DNA of 28,676 nucleotides from Chlamydiota bacterium (GTDB lineage Bacteria; Auribacterota; JACPWU01): NCBI GenBank assembly GCA_016196885.1, contig JACPWU010000006.1, positions 1 to 28,676 of the forward strand, read 5' to 3'. Shown piece by piece: positions 22,609 to 28,676 of this stretch (position 1 is its first letter; each line of letters starts with the position of its first letter). The notes under the pieces were generated by a model. It saw only the letters and a program-made list of their open reading frames with translations, ran no database searches and was not told where the DNA came from. The position numbers and the translations under genes were made by a program.

Positions 22609-23316
22609 ATGATGAGAGAACCCATTCTCATGTGCTGGAGCGGCGGGAAGGACAGTTCGCTCGCCCTTCAGGTCATTCTTCAAGATCCGCAATTTCAAGT
22701 GGTGGCACTTCTCACCACTGTCACGGAAGATTATGAACGGATCAGCATGCATGGGGTTCGCGTGTCACTCCTCCAGGCCCAGGCTGAAGGACTCCATCTT
22801 CCGGTTGAACAAGTGCGCATTCCTCCTAAAGCCTCGAATCAAATTTATGAAGAGGCCATGACCCAAGTTTTGAATCGCTATCGGTCGCAAGGGGTTTCCC
22901 GTGTTGTTTTCGGAGACCTTTTCTTAGAGGACATCCGACGCTATCGAGAAGAGCGATTGGCAAAAATTCACATGGAAGGTATTTTCCCCCTTTGGCTAAA
23001 AGATACAAAAAAACTGGCGCAAGATTTTATTCAAATGGGATTTCGGGCCATTTTGGTTTGTACAGATCCCAAACAGATCCCCTCCTCTTTTTGCGGCCGA
23101 GAATTTGATCAAGCCCTCCTACAAGATTTTCCCAAGGACGTGGACCCCTGCGGTGAAAAGGGAGAATTTCACACCTTCGTTTATGATGGGCCTATTTTCA
23201 AACAGCCCATTCCCATCAAAAAAGGGGAGAGGGTCCAAAGAGATGGATTTTGGTTTTGCGATCTAGACTTTGAAAAAAATTCTTTGCCTCTGGAGCTAGC
23301 AAACGTTAAGCTATGA
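22609..23316 (+). CDS. PP-loop ATP pyrophosphatase of the Dph6/MJ0570 (DUF71) type
   Basis: Shows the PP-loop CWSGGKDSSLAL and the C-terminal CGEKGEFHTFVYDGPIF motif typical of this family. Confidence 0.75.
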   Translation: MMREPILMCWSGGKDSSLALQVILQDPQFQVVALLTTVTEDYERISMHGVRVSLLQAQAEGLHLPVEQVRIPPKASNQIYEEAMTQVLNRYRSQGVSRVVFGDLFLEDIRRYREERLAKIHMEGIFPLWLKDTKKLAQDFIQMGFRAILVCTDPKQIPSSFCGREFDQALLQDFPKDVDPCGEKGEFHTFVYDGPIFKQPIPIKKGERVQRDGFWFCDLDFEKNSLPLELANVKL

Positions 23317-23338
23317 TATTTCTAACGCAGAGGATCCG

Positions 23339-24406
23339 ATGTCCCCTATTCAACGTGAGCAGCTTTTTCGTTTTTTCTTTTTGGGTGTTTTTCTTTTTTT
23401 GCTCTATCAAATCTTTCACGTCCTCTCGCCTTTTTACACAGGCATTCTGGGGGCCATTGTCCTCACCCTGATTTTCTTTCCCCTGCACCGCCTCATTCTA
23501 AAAGCGATGGGCCCTCGCCACATCAACTGGGCCGCGACGTTCTCCACCTCCTTGATCGTCATTGCCATCATCATTCCCTTCATCCTCCTCAGTTGGGTGC
23601 TCCTGAATGAAGTGTCGGCGTTAACACCCGTCATTAAACACATTGGGAAAACGATCGAAGACTGGAGAGAAGGACAAATGGCCACCGAAAGTCCCTGGCT
23701 CAAGGCTCTTCAAATAAAATTGAACAATGTGCTGGACGTTTCTCAAGTGAACCTTCAAAAAATGCTCACAGAGGGAGCGACGGCCATTGTTAAGATGATT
23801 CTCAACATTGGGAAAAAACTTCCGAGAAACGCATTCGTTCTTTTGATCAATATCCTCATCATGATTTTTACTCTTTTTTTTCTCCTTCGCGACGGTCAAT
23901 CCCTTTTCAAAAAGGCCAAAGAACTTTTGCCCATGGAAAAAAAACACAAAGATCAAATCGCCGATCAACTCTACATCACCGTCACAGCCGTTGTGAGGGG
24001 TGTCTTCATCGTGGCCCTGGCCCAAGGACTGGTCGCAGGGATTGGATTTGCGATCGCAGGCGTCCCCTCGCCCATCGTTCTTGCGTTCACAACCACGCTG
24101 AGCGCTTTGATTCCTTTGATTGGGGCCTGCGCGGTATGGCTTCCGGTCTGTCTTTATTATTTGATAAAGGGATCTACTTTCACATGGATTTTTATGGCGG
24201 TTTGGGGATTTTTTGTCATCAGCCTGGTGGATAACTTCCTGAGGCCTCTCCTGATTGGAAGCAAGACCAAACTCCCCATGCTCTTTCTCTTCTTCGGGAT
24301 TTTGGGTGGCATCAAGGTCTATGGCCCGATGGGCTTTTTTCTGGGGCCCTTGGTGATAGCCCTCCTCTTTGCCTTCATTAAGATTTATAGAGAAGAATAC
24401 AGATGA
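23339..24406 (+). CDS. AI-2E family transporter (PerM/YhhT-like, UPF0118)
   Basis: 355 aa with multiple TM segments and the family-typical VDNFLRPLLIGSKTKLP segment. Confidence 0.85.
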   Translation: MSPIQREQLFRFFFLGVFLFLLYQIFHVLSPFYTGILGAIVLTLIFFPLHRLILKAMGPRHINWAATFSTSLIVIAIIIPFILLSWVLLNEVSALTPVIKHIGKTIEDWREGQMATESPWLKALQIKLNNVLDVSQVNLQKMLTEGATAIVKMILNIGKKLPRNAFVLLINILIMIFTLFFLLRDGQSLFKKAKELLPMEKKHKDQIADQLYITVTAVVRGVFIVALAQGLVAGIGFAIAGVPSPIVLAFTTTLSALIPLIGACAVWLPVCLYYLIKGSTFTWIFMAVWGFFVISLVDNFLRPLLIGSKTKLPMLFLFFGILGGIKVYGPMGFFLGPLVIALLFAFIKIYREEYR

Positions 24407-24429
24407 TTTCGACGGATGTCTCTCCCAGC

Positions 24430-24568
24430 TAGCCCGCATTTCTCATCACATTTCTGCTGCGAGCGCCGATTCCGCCTCGTCTGCTTCGTCAGACTCGGTC
24501 GGCCACGCTCAACATACTGTAAAGTATGCCTCGCATGGCCTCGGTCGTCTTCCTCGCATCCAAAGCGG
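24430..24568. mobile_element. Type-1 MITE-like element, copy 3 (truncated, left end only)
   Basis: 139 bp with 2 mismatches to the corresponding part of copy 1. Homology stops abruptly at 24568, and the right TIR is absent. It overlaps the last 19 codons and the stop of glpX. Confidence 0.85.
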
Positions 24569-25417
24569 CGGCCCTTCTGAGGTGTACCTCACCCCTCGAA
24601 GCAAACTTCCATGGGTAATTCCCGTGGCTGCAAAGACACAGTCGCCTTGCACCATGTCTTCCAGAAAATAAACCTTTGGGGCAATGCTTCCATTTTTCAG
24701 AACAATCTGTGTCTGAAATCCCCCTCTTAAACATTTGATTGCACAGGCTGTAATAATGCCTTCCGGGGCCCCTCCAATCCCACACAGAAGATCAATCCCG
24801 CTTGCCGAAAGACATGTCGCAATGGCGCCTGACACATCGCAATCTTGAATCAATTTAATCCTCACACCCATTTTTCTTAAATTCCCAATGAGTTTTTCAT
24901 GACGGGGGCGATCCAGGACACAGACCACAATTTTAGTTTTTTCTTTCCCAGTTGCTTTTGAAACGAGGTCAATGGTTTGGCTCATCGGATCTGTAATGGA
25001 GAGCTGGCACTTGCTGGCAATCTGAGGGCCATAGGCCAGCTTATTCATGTAAAATTCTTGAGTGGATAAAAGGGTCCCTTTGTCTGCGACCGCCAAAACG
25101 CTCAAGGCCTCCGGCCCTGAATTTACAGTGGGACGCGTCCCTTCAATCGGATCCATGGCCAAGTCATACACCTTGGACGCTTGATTCCTGCTTTTTCCCA
25201 CATGCTCGCCATGAAAAAGTCCGGCACTCGCATCTTTGATGCCCTCTCCAATCACCACATTTCCAGAAAAATCCATTGAATTCAGGCGATCTCTCATCGC
25301 ATCCGTCGCAGCTTTATCTGCCGCCTTCTTGTCGCCACTGCCAATCCACGCAGAAGCCGCAATCGCAGCCGCCTCTGTCACACGCACCACATCCAAATGT
25401 ATTTCTTTCATAGTCAT
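24509..25417 (-). CDS. glpX: Class II fructose-1,6-bisphosphatase with a repeat-derived replacement C-terminus
   Basis: Shows RVTEAAAIAASAWIGSGDKKAADKAATDAMR, DPIEGT, GIGGAPEG and FAATGITHGSLLRGV. The native sequence ends at about residue 283. The last 19 aa (PLWMRGRRPRPCEAYFTVC) and the stop are read from element 24430-24568. Confidence 0.85.
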   Translation of the reverse strand: MTMKEIHLDVVRVTEAAAIAASAWIGSGDKKAADKAATDAMRDRLNSMDFSGNVVIGEGIKDASAGLFHGEHVGKSRNQASKVYDLAMDPIEGTRPTVNSGPEALSVLAVADKGTLLSTQEFYMNKLAYGPQIASKCQLSITDPMSQTIDLVSKATGKEKTKIVVCVLDRPRHEKLIGNLRKMGVRIKLIQDCDVSGAIATCLSASGIDLLCGIGGAPEGIITACAIKCLRGGFQTQIVLKNGSIAPKVYFLEDMVQGDCVFAATGITHGSLLRGVRYTSEGPPLWMRGRRPRPCEAYFTVC

Positions 25418-25488
25418 CCTTTCCTTATCAACATGATACTGAAAATGCTTTATAATGCTTATAAAAAATTTAGGAAGGGGGGAATTCT

Positions 25489-26043
25489 ATGAATCAAAAA
25501 ATTCTCGTTCTCTTGGCGGAAGGGTTTGAAGAGATTGAAGCCATTACACCCATCGATGTTTTAAGACGGGCGGGGCTCGAGGTCAAGGTGGCCGGTCTCA
25601 CAGGGAAAACTGTCACGGGCGCTCATGGGATTCGAATTCAAGCCGACACCACGTTCAGCGAATACCGCGACCCTGTGGATCTTCTCCTTTTACCCGGAGG
25701 CATGCCAGGGGCGAAAAATTTAGGAGAATCAAAGGCGCTTCAAGAACGGATCAAAAAAATGAATGAGGATAAAAAATACATCGCCGCCATTTGTGCATCT
25801 CCGGCCCTAGCCCTCGCACCCACCGGAATCCTGGATGGGAAAAAGGCCACTTGCTATCCCGGCTACGAATCTCATTTTTCACCTTCAACAAAATTTTCTA
25901 AAGACAATGTGGTCGTCGATGCAAACGTGATCACCAGTCGTGGCCCTGGAACAGCTCTGGAATTTTCGCTTACATTGGTGGAAAAATTGTTAGGCAAAGC
26001 CAAAAGGGATGAATTAAAAAAGCAAATGGTGGTTGCATTTTAA
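25489..26043 (+). CDS. DJ-1/PfpI family protein (YajL/ThiJ-like)
   Basis: Shows LAEGFEEIEA, LLLPGGMPGA, the nucleophile elbow IAAICASPA and VITSRGPGTALEF. Confidence 0.85.
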   Translation: MNQKILVLLAEGFEEIEAITPIDVLRRAGLEVKVAGLTGKTVTGAHGIRIQADTTFSEYRDPVDLLLLPGGMPGAKNLGESKALQERIKKMNEDKKYIAAICASPALALAPTGILDGKKATCYPGYESHFSPSTKFSKDNVVVDANVITSRGPGTALEFSLTLVEKLLGKAKRDELKKQMVVAF

Positions 26044-26184
26044 CCCTCCTCATCCAAAGCGGGTGGCCCGACTGGGGGTCCCCCACTGAGCGCCAGCAGG
26101 TGGAGGCAAATAACTCCAAAATTCTATTAAACGCAAACCCGACACCGATTGCCGTCAGTGGGGGTGAGGAGGGCCAGGACCCGC
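26044..26184. repeat. G/C-rich nested inverted repeats between convergent genes (terminator or another palindromic element)
   Basis: Complementary blocks are CCCTCCTCA (26044-26052) / TGAGGAGGG (26165-26173), CCCCCACTGA (26080-26089) / TCAGTGGGGG (26155-26164), and GCGGGTGGCC (26059-26068) / GGCCAGGACCCGC (26172-26184). Confidence 0.4.
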
Positions 26185-26194
26185 CAACCTCATC

Positions 26195-27289
26195 TCACAC
26201 ATTAAACCTAAACAGCATCACATCCCCGTCCTGAACCACGTATTCCTTGCCCTCCACCCTTAGGAGCCCTTTTTCTTTGACGGCCGCAGATGAACCGAGC
26301 CCAATGAGATCTTCGAATTTCATCACCTCTGCACAAATGAATCCGCGCTCAAAATCAGAATGAATCACCCCTGCCGCCTGAGGCGCTTTCATACCTCGAT
26401 GAAGGGTCCAAGCCCGTACTTCTTTTTCCCCCGCCGTAAGATAAGAGATTAAATCTAACAACTGATAAGCAGCACGAATCAAACTAAAAAGACCCGGCTC
26501 TTGAAGACCCAAATCTTTCAAGAACACTTTTCTATCTTCTTCTGAAAGGTCATTAAGTTCTGATTCTACTTTTCCAGAAATGACTATAACGCTCGATCCC
26601 TCTTTGTCGGCCCACGCCTTTAATTTTTCAACCCAAGGACCGCCCTGAGGTAAATCCTTCTCGGCAACATTGGCGCAGTAAAGAACGGATTTCAAAGTCA
26701 GAAGTCCCAAATCGCGAAGATTCTTTTTCTCGTCTTGTGTCAAACCTAGACGGCGCAAAACCAATCCGTCTTCTAAAGTTTTTTTGACTTTTTCATAAAG
26801 AGGCATGATCTCTCTGGAAGCTTTATCCCCTGAGCGCGCCAGCTTCTCTGTTTTTTCAATGCGCTTCGTTACCGCATCCAAATCTTTCAAGCAAAGCTCG
26901 GTATCTATCACTTCTATGTCTCCAATAGGATCTACAGCCCCTGAGACATGAACCACATCCGGGTCTTCAAAACAACGCACCACATGTAAAATGGCTTCGA
27001 CCTCTCGAATATGCCCCAAAAATTGATTTCCTAAGCCCTCGCCCTGTGACGCCCCTTTCACCAAACCCGCAATGTCATAAAACTCCATCATATTGGGGGT
27101 CGTTTTTTGAGGTTTATAAAGTTGGCTGAGCGCCGTCAGACGAGGGTCCGGTACAGGCACCACACCCACATTGGGATCGATCGTGCAAAAAGGATAATTA
27201 GAGGCCGGGACCTTGGCTTTAGTCAACGCATTAAAAATAGTCGATTTTCCTACATTGGGCAGTCCCACAATTCCACAACGAATGCTCAT
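26195..27289 (-). CDS. ychF: Ribosome-binding ATPase YchF
   Basis: Shows CGIVGLPNVGKSTIFNALT, the DIAGLVKGAS motif and the C-terminal TGS-like YVVQDGDVMLFRFNV. GGAGG lies 6 nt upstream of ATG 27289; the track start 27307 is a GTG. Confidence 0.9.
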   Translation of the reverse strand: MSIRCGIVGLPNVGKSTIFNALTKAKVPASNYPFCTIDPNVGVVPVPDPRLTALSQLYKPQKTTPNMMEFYDIAGLVKGASQGEGLGNQFLGHIREVEAILHVVRCFEDPDVVHVSGAVDPIGDIEVIDTELCLKDLDAVTKRIEKTEKLARSGDKASREIMPLYEKVKKTLEDGLVLRRLGLTQDEKKNLRDLGLLTLKSVLYCANVAEKDLPQGGPWVEKLKAWADKEGSSVIVISGKVESELNDLSEEDRKVFLKDLGLQEPGLFSLIRAAYQLLDLISYLTAGEKEVRAWTLHRGMKAPQAAGVIHSDFERGFICAEVMKFEDLIGLGSSAAVKEKGLLRVEGKEYVVQDGDVMLFRFNV

Positions 27290-27474
27290 GAATTCCTCCA
27301 AAGCCACGAGGTTACATCACTTCAAGTCTATCGTCTAGTTTTTTTAGCCATCATCACAAATTGACAATTGAGAATGGATAATTGAAAATGATTGAATAAA
27401 TCCTTCCTTCATTACCTTTTTTCTTAGAAAAAAATCAACAGAAATAGTACAATCGCTTAGGAGGAGTTGTTTAA

Positions 27475-28467
27475 ATGATTATCGGGCTCACGGGAAGAAA
27501 TGGATCGGGAAAAGGAACGGTTGCTGAATTTCTGAAACAGAAGGGGTTTATCTACACCTCCCTTTCAGACGTCATTCGCGAAGAGATGAAAGAGCGTTCG
27601 ATCCCCATCACACGAGAAAATTTAATTCGTATAGGCAATGAACTCCGCACGCAGGGAGGCCCTTCTGTCCTGGCCGATAAAATTTTGACGCAACTGGATC
27701 ACGACAAAAATTATGCTGTGGATTCCATTCGCAATCCTCATGAGGCCAAGGCCCTGAAAGCCAGACGTGATTTTATCCTCGCTTACGTGGATGCCGCCCT
27801 TGAAACTCGCTTTGAAAGAATCAAGGCCCGAGGGCGTGAAAATGATCCCCAAACTCTGGAAGAATTTATACGCCTGGAAAATTTAGAAAGAAATTCGAAA
27901 AATCCCACAAGCCAGCAGTTGGACGAAACCCAAGCCTTGGCAGACATCGTGATTCAAAACAATGGGACCTTGGATGTACTCAACGAGCAAATCATTCAAA
28001 TTCTAAAACAACACGGCTCTCGAACCTCAAGACCCGGCTGGGATGATTATTTCATGGGCATTGCCAAAGTCGTGGCCCTGAGAAGTAACTGCATCAAAAG
28101 AAAAGTGGCCGCGGTGATTGTTAAAGACAAAAGAATTATTTCGACGGGTTACAATGGAACCCCTCGGGGCGTTAAAAATTGCATGGACGGAGGATGCCCC
28201 CGCTGCAACAGTTTTGCACCATCAGGAACCCTTCTGGAGGAATGTCTCTGCTCTCACGCTGAGGAAAACGCCATCACACAATCTGCTTATCACGGTGTCA
28301 CCATTAAGGATTCTACGATCTACTCAACTTTTTCTCCCTGTCTGATGTGCACCAAAATGATTATCAACAGCGGAATTAGAGAAGTCATTTACAGCCATGA
28401 TTATTCACTGGGGGAAGTGTCCCTGAAACTTTTGGAAGAGGCACATGTGAAGGTGAAAAAACTGTAA
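27475..28467 (+). CDS. Fusion of a P-loop nucleotide-kinase-like domain and a dCMP/cytidine deaminase domain
   Basis: The N-terminus has Walker A GLTGRNGSGKGT. The C-terminal half has the zinc motifs CSHAEENAI and SPCLMCTKMI (ComEB/dCMP deaminase type). AGGAGG lies 8 nt upstream of the ATG. Confidence 0.8.
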   Translation: MIIGLTGRNGSGKGTVAEFLKQKGFIYTSLSDVIREEMKERSIPITRENLIRIGNELRTQGGPSVLADKILTQLDHDKNYAVDSIRNPHEAKALKARRDFILAYVDAALETRFERIKARGRENDPQTLEEFIRLENLERNSKNPTSQQLDETQALADIVIQNNGTLDVLNEQIIQILKQHGSRTSRPGWDDYFMGIAKVVALRSNCIKRKVAAVIVKDKRIISTGYNGTPRGVKNCMDGGCPRCNSFAPSGTLLEECLCSHAEENAITQSAYHGVTIKDSTIYSTFSPCLMCTKMIINSGIREVIYSHDYSLGEVSLKLLEEAHVKVKKL

Positions 28468-28477
28468 AAACCTGTTG

Positions 28478-28574
28478 TGAGGGGTGAGGGGTGAGTAATG
28501 GTAAAACAGTGGTGAGTCGTCTGTCGTGAGTCGTGAGTTTTTAAGGTATTATTTTTTACTCACCCCTCACCCCT
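28478..28574. terminator. Long hairpin between convergent genes (bidirectional terminator or palindromic repeat)
   Basis: The left arm GAGGGGTGAGGGGTGAGTAA (28478-28497) pairs over about 18 bp (GGGGTGAGGGGTGAGTAA) with the right arm TTACTCACCCCTCACCCC (28556-28573). The roughly 58-nt loop contains the direct repeat GTGAGTCGT twice. Confidence 0.45.
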
Positions 28575-28577
28575 GTT

Positions 28578-28676
28578 TTACTCCACCACCTTCCTAAAAT
28601 AAACCGTAGAATCAATATTGGATGAGCCTGTCTCATTATTGCCAGACCAAATCCAATGGGCTGAGCTGTCTGTGAA
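28578..28676 (-). CDS. 3' end of an unidentified gene running off the right edge
   Basis: The minus-strand frame is open from the window edge to the TAA at 28578-28580. My own translation gives FTDSSAHWIWSGNNETGSSNIDSTVYFRKVVE*. Too short to identify. Confidence 0.25.
   Translation of the reverse strand, partial: FTDSSAHWIWSGNNETGSSNIDSTVYFRKVVE

Noticed and set aside
23621-24439. A 272-aa minus-strand ORF lies antisense to the AI-2E transporter gene.
   Set aside because: It has a low-complexity, charge-rich translation typical of the antisense frame of a membrane-protein gene. The plus-strand gene has clear family features.
24369-24671. The track ORF (100 aa) contains LARISHHISAASADSASSASSDSVGHAQHT...
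   Set aside because: It is simply a read-through of the type-1 repeat (the same peptide as inside Fic-1), and it overlaps the glpX 3' end on the opposite strand.

Overview
The window looks like a chromosomal segment from a moderately AT-rich bacterium. I cannot assign a taxon from sequence alone. Most of it is ordinary housekeeping, redox and repair genes: a GH15 fragment, arsC, two Fic-family genes, glutaredoxin-like, fatty-acid desaturase, ogt, nfi, VOC, an NTF2-like protein, a Rieske/cytochrome b/nine-haem cytochrome c operon, a TolB-like propeller, a PP-loop ATPase, an AI-2E transporter, glpX, DJ-1, ychF and a kinase-dCMP-deaminase fusion. Two things stand out. (1) At least four unrelated families of structured, MITE-like repeats are present, with no transposase in the window. 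Two of them sit in-frame, without stops, inside the two Fic genes. A truncated copy supplies the C-terminus and stop codon of glpX. Copies are nearly identical, which suggests recent activity. (2) A visibly more AT-rich accessory island of about 6 kb (about 13.3-19.4 kb) abuts the 3' end of tRNA-Asn. It has a tightly packed minus-strand operon: DUF4065/Panacea-type antitoxin, a MazF-like small protein, an unannotated 58-aa XRE HTH, and a DUF4238 protein. It also has a membrane-protein cassette bracketed by direct repeats, and a 1.9-kb segment (secreted protein plus a split PIN-like protein) bracketed by 141-bp inverted repeats with 3 mismatches. No integrase or invertase is visible. Several genes show decay: a truncated Fcy1-like deaminase fused out of frame onto a 5'-shortened nfi, and a DUF4325 gene broken in a homopolymer. 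All family assignments come from motif recognition by eye and need HMM or BLAST confirmation.
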